Origin: Tubulanus polymorphus
Taxonomy: Eukaryota > Animalia > Nemertea
Direction: 5' to 3'
DNA: 64,000 nucleotides
Assembly: GCF_964204645.1 (NCBI RefSeq)
Contig: NC_134029.1
Span: 3,968,001 to 4,032,000 of the forward strand
The stretch's first letter is position 1; the number at the start of each line of letters is the position of its first letter. The position numbers and the translations under genes were made by a program. Positions 1 to 12,144 of this stretch are shown here, piece after piece. Below the pieces are notes generated by a model, which saw only the letters and a program-made list of their open reading frames with translations, had not been told where the DNA came from and did not search any database.

Positions 1-3000
1 GATCAACATCTGAGACGAGGGCCACACCGTACAACCGGCTAACAATGAGTAAACTTTCATACGTTCGACATCTATAAATCGATCAGCCTGAAATGAAATA
101 CAACAACTTGATCATAAACATACCGGTACTGAGTACATGTAGTCTAGTAGTTATTCAAACACTGAATAAGGAAAATTTCATCCATGTTGAACTCAAGTTC
201 AGTCAAGTTCAAAATGGAGTTTGCCAGGTCAGTGGCTACCCTTAAGTTAACATTTTTTATGGATGTTATCAATCTCATTTACCTCCACTTCATTCCAATT
301 CGCTAACTGTTTGCGTACGAGTTGTCTGAATACAGGACTACTGAGCGTTTGACTGATCAGTAACGCCAATCTGTGATCACCTGAACTCTGCGCCAAACGA
401 CACGCCTCCGGTATCTGTCGTCCGCTCAGATGACTCAACACAGCCGATATGTGACTCTCCCCCTAAAATTCATAAAATCATCAAATCAATACCGGTATCT
501 CTGTATAGGAAAGAGCAGTGGCGGATGTAGAAATGTAAATGGAAGGGATATGATAGAAATGTTTCAGTAAGAATGAAGTAAGCTCTGCAAGGCATGAAGC
601 ATTGGTGGCTGGCCTTGCAGAAATATTCTGGAAGTTTGTGTAACAATTTTTTTCAGACTCTCCAAATTTTCAGATAAGAGACAGAATACAAACCTTGAAT
701 TTGACATTTTGAATTTCTTTCTGTATTTTGTCAGCAGCGGCTGACTCGAGCCAGCGCGAGAACGCTTCTCGTCGAGACATGTGATAACTATAACTGCTCG
801 CGTCGACGTCATCGTTCATCTTCACGTCATCCATATCTCCCCAGAGAGCTACGCATAACTGCCACACGAGTTTGGAATGTAAAACGTGGCCGGCGTCGTG
901 GTGATCTCCTGAAAAACATCAAACACGAAACTTGTTCAGATTCACTTAATTACGAGGAAAATCACCTCAATCAGCAACCATTAAAATGTTGAATGTCTCT
1001 GTAGTATGGTGGTGGTATCTGCTTATTCTAATTAAGGCAAATCCAAAAATCACCCATGAAATACTTAGGAAAAACTTGAGAATTTTCAATTCCTGTACCA
1101 GTTATTGTGGGAACCTGACAAGTAATAAACGTGGGGGTCTTCTGCAGTACCACAGGCATCAACTATCCAATTCATACCTATTTGTTCAGCTTCTTGCTGT
1201 AATTGCTCAGCGTATTTATGTAAACATTCGATTCCATTCAGTGGACTGATTTTCGGACACGTCTCGTTGTTCTCGCACTCTAACTGCGACCGGTCAAGTT
1301 GTATATCCAGTGCTTTTGTGTAATTATTCTGAAATCCACAAAAATATGATTCTGTCAACACAAACTAAATCCATTCTAAATCCAAACTAAATACCCTTCC
1401 CTTTGAACTTTGGCCCTCATCTTACTAATCAAATTCATCTTACTAATATTAACTTAAAATGATTTTGGGTGATTTTTCAATTTTCCCAAATGGAAATGAA
1501 CAGATATCATCATACTACAGTCTACATTTTAGTGGTGACTGGTTGATCAAAAGGTGATTCCCGAGGGAAATCGCGAAATGTAAATGAATTTTCCAAATAT
1601 TTTCCTGATTTGAGGAAATTTTTTTTCAAATTCCCAAATATTTCCAAACCGGAAATTATTATTTCAAAATTCCCAAGTTTTTCCCAATTTCCCTGTTCTG
1701 TGGGAACCATGATTAAACATCATTATTATTATGAATACAGAGCACGGGTACTTACGAGTAAGGTCGGATCGTCGGAATCGAGATGATGATGGGAGACATG
1801 GATTTTCTCTATCGTTACGGTGTACGAGGACAAGCTCGGTCTAGTTGCTTGATTTGGTTTCGACGGAATGATCGACGGAAGCTGTCTCACGGCACCTGAA
1901 AACAAACAGTCATTTCATTACGATAGAGGTGAATATTATGTCATTTCGTTTCATGAGAACCAGAGATCAATGAATCTCTTATAAAGAATCTGCCAGTAAT
2001 GATCTTAACCCCTTATAGCTTTCAAATCTAGATGTATTAAATTAGGCACTCAAAAATAACCCCAATTTGCTGCTTGCCAGTTCAGGCTGGACTTCAACCT
2101 GAACCATACTGGAAATTTGAGTAATGTACCTACCAGTTGTATGTCGACTGACAGGTTTTCCACAATGAACCATCATCAAATTCGGGCCCCAGCCGACCCG
2201 ACAAGTGCGTCCCATGTAACACGCCGAATCCATGACTAGTTTGTGTTTATTATTGATACGCGAACATGCGAGCGGAATCGGGTTACGATTCACGTGTACG
2301 TCTGCCCGTCGATCGGGTTCCATTCCACTCGGAATTATCATGTGTTCCGTGGCGGTGAGTTCTTTACCGACGACTCGAGGCGACGGCCGCAATCTGGACA
2401 GTAAACCTACAATCAACACGAAACCATGAATTACAGTCAACTAATGCATATTATTGAAGAAACGCTTATATCATTCGGACTCAATAATGATTAAGATTAT
2501 ATGAAGTTTTTAAGGGAAAAGGTAGAAATAGGAAACAAATTTGATTAAGTTTATGTATGTAGGTTTTTCTACTTACTAGAAGGTATATGAGGTTTGAGTA
2601 GACTGTCTCTAGTAGTTCTCGGCTGTGGTGTGGAAGGTGGTTTCGGCGACGAGGGACGGCGCAGTAAAGATCCGCCGAGCAGCGTCGGGCCACTTCTCGT
2701 AGCTGAATCTCGGCGTAAAGATGAAGTCTTAGGGTGTAATCGATCTTGTAAGGATAGCAATGATTCACCGGGTCTTGACACTAGAAAACACAACATTTTA
2801 CAAGGTTGATTCGATGATTGATTTATCTTGATAGGAACAGAACCAAACTATCAGCATTTTCAAATCTTCGAAAGCCAACCCTTCCCTCTAAAACTTGTTT
2901 CATTGACACTTACAACTCGTGTTCTCATCCATATCTTCATCGCCGAAAAATGAAGCTTTCATCATTTGTACGTTTGGGGCACTGAGACCCATTGCTGTAG

Positions 3001-6000
3001 CGAGTAAATGAGATGTCGGAGCTAACTGCTGGTCATCATCATCATCATCATCCTCATTATAATCTATAAACTCTGGCATCTGTTCTCTAGTTATGTCGGC
3101 CATATCTGAAAAACATTCCATCGAAGTTACATTTCCCCATCTATGAATTTATGCTAGAATTTTCACTGGGCGTAATGGGGAACCTTTTACGGTTTGCTAG
3201 TTAACCCTAACGTAGTAACTTAATGTTCAGTTCTTCAATTTCTTCTAAATTTCAATTACCAGTACATAGCAAAATCTACTACTAAATAAATCTACTCAAC
3301 CTTCCAAGTACATTTAACTGTCTTTGCGTATTACTGATTTGACACGAGATTAACATGGCTCCTCAACAACTCTTTTCAATGGTAATAACAAAATAACAAT
3401 TTTACTCAATACTAACCTGCATCATTGTCATCTTCCTCTTCTTGCATCGGTTGTTCTTGTTGTCGAGCCTCGTTTTCGAGCATGTCCAGTACGTCTGCTG
3501 GCATCTCATCCGGTTGAATATCACCCAACACTTCGTTCATTTTAATCTGTTTCTTCTATATTAATGTAACAATTATAGCTGTGAGTATCATTCTTCTTCT
3601 TAATGTTTTTCCTTTTGAAATTTCTCCAAGACACAATATGGAAGACTTATAAAATAATTTTCCTTACTTATAGCATTTTTTTGCAAAATTCCCCACCTTT
3701 TTTTTAAAGAAAAATTTTGCCAATGAATTTTCCCTGTGTTCCTGCCATCCTGTTATCATAAAAACAAATTATACCTGAATCTGTAGCTGTTTTTCCGTTG
3801 CTTGTTTGATGAGTTTGATTTTTTTCGGATCGGTCTCTAGTGGTTGATCTGGTTCATCGTCGTCTTCATCTAACAGACCGTATTTCGAGAAGTGCTTTAC
3901 CTCGAACACCCAGGAACCAGTTTCAGGCCGGTAGTCAATGAACTTGGCACCAATTTTCGCTGATGCGCGTTCGATTTTAGCGGCGTAGTTCATTGACTGT
4001 AAACGTTCTGGACTCTGAAATAAAAGATGAAACTCAAATCAGTAACAACTGATTTCTACTGACACGTGACTGTCTATCTAAGAAAGCAATAACATCAGTT
4101 TGAAAATGACTCATGAAACATTTGAGTTTAAATGTTTAAGTATCTTTCATAGCTTTTCTCAGGGAACAGATCAGGGAATCCAAAAATCTCTGACCCTTGA
4201 CCAAACATTCCCTTATTAAATCATTAGACACCCTTAGAGGGGCTGTTTTTTTTTAGAGAGGTTCCTCATGCCAATCATCACCGGCAAGAACAACACGACA
4301 CAAAAAATTCAAATTCCCTGATTTTCTCTGCTGGGAAAAAAATCTGGAATCCACTGATTTTACTTCGGTTTCCCTGATCTGTGATAACCCTATTTTCTTT
4401 CGATTGCTGATTTTTCCCTTATTGACTTTCAACCATGCGAGATGGCTTCGATCTTACCTTTATAGCACTCTGATCACTTTTATCAACAGGCCAGACGCAA
4501 TCTAATGTCACTTCGGCGCGTTTATTCAATTCCTCTCCGAGCGCAGGTTTTTTATCGTCTTCCGGATAAACGGTGACCTCTTTACGACGGAAATGAACGA
4601 TCTCGTCGAAATTCAAGCCGGCCAAATTCGTTACGCCCGGAAAGAAAACGCTACCGTAGCCCTCTCTTCCGATCGTGAAATCCTGCACGAAACAATCGCC
4701 GTTACCGTCGACGGCATCGGCGAGTTCGTCCAGCGACGGTATCGTATAATAACCGGGTCTACGCAGAATAATTCCTGCCGGATGGATAGGTGGCGTATCA
4801 TCCTAGAAAACCATGATTAAAATAAATCAATAAACAGAGGGTACTGGTGTATATTGAATATTTGAATTATCAATATTTCAAATAACTTACCCTTCCATCG
4901 ATTAAATTGAGGTCTGACGTATCGTGCAGTGTAGTATTCGCGGTATCGTTAACGATGCCTTTCCCTCGGGCAGACGGATTCAATATCGCTATAGTATCGT
5001 CCAACTCATTACTAAAATTCACAACATCAAACAGGATTTCACAACACGGGATGCATTGAAAAGCATCAATATCTTTCGAATCTATATGTTTCTAAAACTT
5101 ACTTGATCGGTCTATCAGACGGATGACTAGAACGTGAACTGTTCGAATTTACTTCACCATTCATCAATCCATTTTCAGGTACGAATCCATTCCTTCGAAA
5201 TACAAATATTCATACAGAACTCACGCACAAAGGTATCATTTCTTTTCTTTAACTAAATTCAATACATTTTAACAGTTACATTTTCGCAAACACTTCTAAA
5301 ACTGATCATCAAATTGAAATCACATTTTGAAATTGATTTTCTGTATTAATTCAGCACAAATTTTCGCACTCACCTGCTTGTATTGTGGTCATTATCTAAC
5401 CGACTCATATCACCGGGTCCCAGTATCACACTGCTGTCTCTCGATGGAGAGTGTTTGTGAATGACGAGTTTTTTAACACTTTTACGCGGTACGAACGTAT
5501 CGCTTCCGATCTGCGATTCCTCTTCATCTAAACCGTCGAATAACGACGACTGAAATCAAATAATTTGAAAATCAAGTCCATACAGATCACTCATTCCTGG
5601 AGTTTTAAAGGAAAATATTTCAAATTTCTAAGAAGCATCTGCATCACTTTCATATCTCAACTACAATAGACACCTCCTGAATTGGTACTGTTAAATCAAA
5701 GGAGTTTCTAACCCCTTTAAAACTGATTTCCTATCATACGTTAAAGAAGAAACCTTCTCTTCTTAAAGTGTGCTGATCCAAATTCACATCCCGATATAAA
5801 AGTTTGATGCTTTTTCTTATAACGGTTTTCAATGCCTGTAATGAACCCTTTCTAAGGTTCTGGAAACATTAGTATAATGGTTTTGTAGGAATATCTAAAT
5901 GGCGTTTACCTTGCCACTGCCCGGTGTGTGAAGTGGTTTTGGTTTGATTCTTGCAGCTGGTCGAGGGCTCACTTTATACTGAGACGCCGCAGACAACGCT

Positions 6001-9000
6001 GCTTTCTGAGCGGCCGGATTTGTCGGCTTCAATTTCTCCTCAGATTTTACCCCCTGAAAATTGAAACAAGAAGTTATACTGAGATTATACAAAGAAAATT
6101 CCCCGCGTCTAAATAACCTGTTACATGACAGACTTACATCTTTAAGGTTTCGAAATAGTGGCGAATCTCCATAAGGCGAATACGTAAGAGCAGATAGTTG
6201 ATGTTGAATCAGTCCTTGTTCGGGATTGGGTGCACCTGCAGCTGGCCTGTAATAGATTGAAGGAAAAAAATCTCAACTTGATACAAAATATCACAAAGTA
6301 GGAGGTATAAATAAGTGACAACTTACTGTCCGAAAGAAGTGTTAGCCGCCGTCAAATTCAATGCAGTATTTGTATTGCCAAAACCGGTGAAACCTAAAAA
6401 TATTTCAAATCAGATCATTTTCACTCCTAATCTTAATTCCTTTCTAATGTTTTAAACATCGTACATACCTCCTGTGTTGGTTCCGGTAAAACTGGTTGTC
6501 CCGAAACCACCGAATGCCGGTTTATTCTGTTGGGAAAATAAACTCGAGCCAGTCGTTCCAAAGCCACCGGTATTCGAGCTGACCGCTGTCCCGAAACCGC
6601 TAGTCGCACCAAATCCACCGATACCACCAAAACCTCCGGTAGCCGGTTTAGCACCAAAACTATTTGTCGTACCTGAATCATAATAATCAAACAGTTATCA
6701 TGACACGTGTAGTTCTAGAGGTTGAGCGAGCCGAGCATCTTAAATCAGATACTTGTCTTTAAGAATGTCTTTTCTAAATATCATATCTTAAAGCCTTTTA
6801 AGACATTTGAGATGCTAAACTAGACCAAAAATTTTTATCAGTGACTTATGAATCTTTCCCAATATAGACTTAGTTCTATTGATCTGATTTGAGTTTTACT
6901 CCTGATGAGTTAAAATTTGTTCATTTTCAAAGTTTCAACCCAAGAGAACTATGTGGTCCTGATATTGAAATAATTTTCTACTCACCGAATGTGTTAGTGG
7001 CCAGCCCAAAACCACCGAACCCGGCACCAGTAGTTGCCGGTTTACTGAATAATCCACCAGCTGGTTGAGCGGGCTGACCGAAACTGAACCCGGCACTAGT
7101 TGTCGCTGTACCAAATGCCGGTTTAGCAGCGCCGAACAGTCCACCAGTAGCAGCTGGTGTACCGAACCCAGTTGATGCGCCAAATCCTGTAGCGCCAAAA
7201 CCTGTAGTTGATGTATTTGTGGTACCAAACAGACCACCAGCAGAGCTCGCAGCCGGAGTGCTGAATAAACTAGGCTACAATCAAAAACATTCATCAACAT
7301 AGGCGTGACTATTAATATATGCTTATCCAAAGAAAGATATCTTGAATTTTTCCAATCTTAGTTCAGCATTTTCAGTACATTGCGAAATGCTGCAAATCAG
7401 ATATTTACCTTTTGTTGAGTTTGACCGAATAAAGAAGTGCCGGTGTTTGTACCGAATCCTAGACTCGGTGTAGCAGACGCGGTAGTCGTCGTCGTTCCGA
7501 ATAAACCACCTGGCTTAGTCTGACCGAATAAACCGGTGCTCGCTGCCTGGGGCTGAGTCTGTCCGAATAGACCACCGGTCGTTCCTGTAGCACCAAAACC
7601 TACCAAAATAATCATCAAATCTCTTATCAAGAACTCAAGCATTGGTTAAAAGAAAATTCAATGAAAACAGTAAGAAACCTTGACTGGTTACTGTTAAAAA
7701 CACATTCTTCAGAAATTTAATGCAAAAACTGGACCAACTGCATTGTTAACACTATTAATGTTGTTAGGTGGTTGAAGGTATTGTAAAATTTAGACGTTAA
7801 GAACATTTAATCCTTTACTGCACAAAAGGCTCGTCCTTGAACTGTCCACACGTCGGTATACACCACTAACAAGAGAAGTTGGACAGTTTACGGCTAGCCT
7901 TACTTGTGCTGAAGTTAGATGTCTGGGGTTTCTGCGCGACACCGAATCCACTGGTGAATGACGGTGCCTGTGGAGTGGTAGACGTACCAAATAACCCGGT
8001 TCCACCTTGTTTACCCTTTCTGTTCGCGCCATAATCTTCAAACCTCAATTCCTGTTAAAAACAATTATAAAGTTTACGATCACGAATTCATTGTCGATAA
8101 TTCCTAATTTGAAATCTCAATGGCCTAGGATGACCAGGATCCAGTTGACTGCCACGGGATTGATCTTCAGCAATGGTGTGCGACTCAAAGCAGCATAGAA
8201 TGTTTGCAACTGAGAGAGTCCAGTCGCAGCAAGTAGTACGACATGGGTCAAGGGGATCATCACCAAGAATTGTGTCGCAACAAAAAGACAATCACAATAT
8301 GAGTCAAAAAGGCGTCTTACACAGCACTGAACACTATTTACCTCTAAACTCTTGCTTTCATATTCTTTCATCGCTGTAATACACTGGTGTCTAGTGTTGA
8401 TATTGTTCGATACACCATTTTTCAGCATCGTATCCGTGCCAGTAGGTGCGTTGAACTTCACCGTCGTACCAGCCGCAGGCGTAGCTGTAGCGCCAAATCC
8501 TACAATTACGACTTACTTCATGAATCAATTGGATTTTGTCACTCAATGTAATACAGGACCAGTTTCTAAGATATCAACTTTTGAGTCAAAATCAACTCAA
8601 ACGCATGGCATTAGATTCTAGGATCAAATAAATGAAAAATGCCTAGCTTTGAAAGCGTAATCCAAACCAATTTTTTCGGTAAATGAACCAGTACTTTCTA
8701 CGGAAACCGGTTACTAAGTTCAACCTAGAAGCCACTAGCATAGAAACAGACTATTGAAATTCAGACTCTTACCGAATAATCCAGTTCCTGTAGTCTGATT
8801 CGTACCAAATAATGATGGAGTCTGTTGTGTTGTATTACCGAATAAACCACCACCAGTCGTTCCACCAAACGTTGTCCCTAGAATAATCGTGATTTTTATC
8901 TATCTTTAATTAAGTTGGGGCATTTAAAATAAACTTTTTTTTTACACCAGTCAACGTCGCAAGTAAACGATCTTGAAATTATCTTGATTATTCTCAAACA

Positions 9001-9795
9001 ATCAAACTCAAAACGCTCAGATCATTTTGCTTACCTCCGAAGCTGGTCGTAGGTTTTGCTCCGAATGCTGTCGCTGTATTCGGAGTGCCGAACAGACCAC
9101 CTGTAGCACCGGTATTCTGACCAAATAAACCTCCGGTAGCAGGCTGCTGAGTCTGCTGACCGAATGCTGAAAAAAAAACAAACAAACAAAATGCTAACGA
9201 AGGCCAGTTTTAAGACAATAGGGTACAGAGGTCAGATGTATGAACTCTAGTATTTTCACATCCTGAAAATCTTTTCTTTTAATGAAAAGTATTATCACAA
9301 TATTTTTTAGTAGACGCTTCTTTCACCACTTTCGAATTTTTCCCCCATTCTTTAGGCAGAAATCCATTAACACATCATCTGGGACCTGCGACTGCTTAAA
9401 TCCAATGCACAACCAGGGAGGGGAAAACAAGGTCCATTATAAGCTATACATGCTTTCTAAGAAACGAATACTCACTAAAGCCAGTATTTTGCTGCGGTTG
9501 ACCGAACGTAGTATTTCCACCACCGAACACGCTGGACGCCGTACTGGTATTAGTGTTACCGAAGAGTCCTCCCGTAGCGGGTGTTTGGGCTCCGAAAGCC
9601 GGGGTACCGAAGCCTGTACCTCGAAAAAGGAAGCGACCAAAAAATCAGTAATCAAGTTTTTCGGACACCTTCAACCAAAAGCAAAGAATTCGAAGGAAGC
9701 AATCTTTTAATTCTTAATAAAAAATTTTACTTACTGGTAGTATTACTAGTACCGAATCCGCCACCCCCGAATGGGGTTTTATTCTGTCCAAACAT
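1..9795 (-). CDS. NUP98: Nuclear pore complex protein Nup98-Nup96 precursor (3' end runs off the window)
   Basis: Starts [15 protein letters not shown] at ATG 9795. Contains FG/GLFG repeats, a GLEBS domain ([15 protein letters not shown]...[16 protein letters not shown]|ELRFEDY), the autoproteolytic domain ([18 protein letters not shown]...[15 protein letters not shown]) and Nup96 sequence ([39 protein letters not shown]). GT-AG coding exons with consistent phases: 9735-9795, 9476-9619, 9035-9166, 8773-8877, 8342-8499, 7904-8051, 7409-7599, 6986-7274, 6469-6672, 6327-6393, 6138-6246, 5910-6053, 5374-5549, 5103-5192, 4891-5011, 4458-4802, 3775-4014, 3417-3555, 2914-3105, 2577-2780, 2134-2406, 1756-1895, 1178-1328, 694-908, 283-462, <1-87. 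Confidence 0.97.
1560..1711. repeat. Intronic interspersed repeat (TTCCC-rich); related copies at about 3660-3752 and 4300-4391
   Basis: Related ends: TTCCCTGTTCTGTGGGAACCATG (about 1689), TTCCCTGATCTGTGATAACCCT (about 4370), TTCCCTGTGTTCCTGCCATCCTG (about 3730). Each is preceded by AAATTCCC-like units. Confidence 0.5.
3886..3894 (-). other. Nup98/Nup96 autoproteolytic cleavage site (HF|S)
   Basis: Codons CAC TTC TCG within VKHFSKYGL, the canonical His-Phe-Ser self-cleavage motif. Confidence 0.93.
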
Positions 9796-10576
9796 ATTCC
9801 TAGTCGATTCCCTATACTTTATTAACGGCAGTTAATCTATATCAATGCCACTGCAATTGGCATCAGATCTCTTGAGTTCTACCTTTCAAATCGTCACTTT
9901 ATAATCTATCCACAGTCAATATGATTGATGACAATTACCTGCAAGTATAACATATCGACACATTTAAGATATATACTGTTTAAAAAAACCTTAAACGTGA
10001 GAACCATAAATTTAGAAAGTGGCATCCAAGTCAGATTTTATGCTTAAGTCAAAATAGTGCATACAATTGTCACCTAAACCTCAACAACCCGTGAATATGT
10101 GCATGAATTATTTTCCACCTATGTCTGACTTTTAACAAATCAACCAGGAGCATTTATTTAATTCTGCGAAGCAATTCTAAGCTGTTTATTCACATATCAG
10201 TCATATGATAAGTGCGACTTCATCTAGGGGTTTGCTGTAAATTAATCCTCAGCTCAATAAATAACTTCATCGTGTATCTTCCATGCAAACAAACAAAATG
10301 CAATGCATACTCATGATGATGAATATCATCCGATTTTGCGATTTTGATAGCTACTTATATAATAAAGGCCAGGCCCAATATCACTAAAAAATTTAAACAT
10401 CACCATCTCAGGCTTATCTAGAAAACTCAATCATAAGGTCAACCGAACAGCCCACATTTGATTTATCTGTAATTGATTTTAGATTTAACTCCATACCACA
10501 CGACAGACACGACGTCGTCACCACCACACGTCGTTTTTGAATTTCTACCGAAGAAAGTGGTAATTATTACACTTAC

Positions 10577-10775
10577 AACTGCTCAACTCGACTGAATATT
10601 AACTTGTCGCCAGCCTGTTCATAACGCAAATATTAACGAGCCTTTATAGCGTTGCGTTGCATAACTCAGACAGGTAAAATCCAGTTTAAATCGGTTCAAT
10701 TCAAGGCAATTTTCGGATTTTGTACAAAAATGGCGTCACGCTGGATTCCCCGCTAAAAGCGCCACCTGACAGCGG
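10577..10775 (-). promoter_or_regulatory. Probable Nup98 promoter and non-coding first exon
   Basis: Minus-strand donor GTAAGT at 10571-10576 and acceptor TTGCAG at about 9939, upstream of the ATG. YY1-type motif AAAATGGCG at 10727-10735. Confidence 0.55.
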
Positions 10776-12144
10776 CTGAATGAGATCGTTTATTGATAGG
10801 TTCGAATCCCAATTAACGCGGATTGCATATCGTTCACACCTTCCTTGCAAATTTACATAGAAATCTTGTCAGTCTATATTCATAGGATTTCTCTTTACCT
10901 TATATTCCCTAAAATGATCCTTATATTTTCTGAAATAATATATTTTTCTAGTTCACATGAGATGAGTAATAAATCTAATTTATATTGATTAAGTCACTTC
11001 CCTGAGAAAATGAAGGCACACGGAGCAGTCCCATTCGATGAGTGCGTGGTACGCGGCGCCTTGTGACCGGCAGCGATTTTTCTCGGCGCCCACATGCCTC
11101 ACATGCTGCTTATTTGCATCGGATTAAGGAGAATTTTACTGATAAAGCCAACTCAGCCACGTCTTGAGGATTTTATTAGAGATAATTTACAAAAAATTTC
11201 TTGCACCGCCGAGATATTGGCATTTGCTTAATCGAAAAAGTGGTCCAAATCGCGTTACAGGTATATCACTAGTCCTAAATTTATATCACCTGGGAGACAC
11301 CATAAGGAAATGAAGGAGGGCAACAATAACATAAAAATATTCTTTATTGATATTAAAATACGTACAGCATAATAACAATTTATTATCGAGTATCAATAAT
11401 TCGCGGTTTTAGGTATCAAAGGTATATGAGCCAGTTTGTATATACATTGCATGTGCACTAGCCCTCGAGGAGGTGCCGTATATATGCTCGAGTCCGTAAT
11501 GAAGCGATACTTGGAAAAGAAATAATCAATACCCTGTTTTCTCTACGCACAATACTTTTCTCAAACGTCTTTACTTAATTCTAGCAATGTCTAAAGCTGT
11601 GAGCTATAAACGTACTTTAAAACAATTCGACCACATATTCAATGGGCATACGTTGAACTATTCAACAAATCTGACCTTTTGAAAATGTTATATGGTAAAT
11701 TCTTTTGTACAATTTTTCAACACGCGTTTTAAGGTCTGGTTAATCATTTATTTGACCAGACCTATGTCTAATACCATCCTTTTATTTCATTTAACATACT
11801 GATATATACATGTACATACGTCAAATAAAGTTTCTTTAATACAAATATGCAATCTTACGTTGAACTGTGGTGGACTGAGTTGAAAAAATCCAGTACGAAA
11901 AACAAGTCACGACAATGTACATGAATACATTTGAACCACTATGTAATAATGATTTGAAAGCGTTTTCATGAAGTTGTATGAATCAATGCATTTAGATGTT
12001 ACCGATTAAATTCAAACCGGCGATACATCTCCATTGCTGAAAAAAGAAGAAATCAAAATCATAAAATTAATGGTTATGTTTATCAAATTATCTTATAAGA
12101 ACGCCATTGCATTCGCATGGATTTTGATTCCAAAATAACAGCGT

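Noticed and set aside
1086-1177. Extension of the Nup96 exon as shown in the ORF track ([15 protein letters not shown]...)
   Set aside because: The AG|GTATGA donor at 1177 gives the correct phase, and the donor at 1098 is out of frame, so this is intronic.
3560-3774. Nup98-only isoform via retention of the intron after the autoproteolytic domain (immediate GTA TAA stop)
   Set aside because: Early stops are expected in AT-rich introns, and I saw no minus-strand AATAAA in this intron.
7819-7865. 47-nt cassette exon using the TTAG acceptor at 7866
   Set aside because: It would need a 38-nt upstream intron, much shorter than any other intron in this gene.
9837-9863. Short uORF (MPIAVALI*) in the predicted Nup98 5' UTR
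   Set aside because: The UTR exon boundary is uncertain and short uORFs are common by chance.
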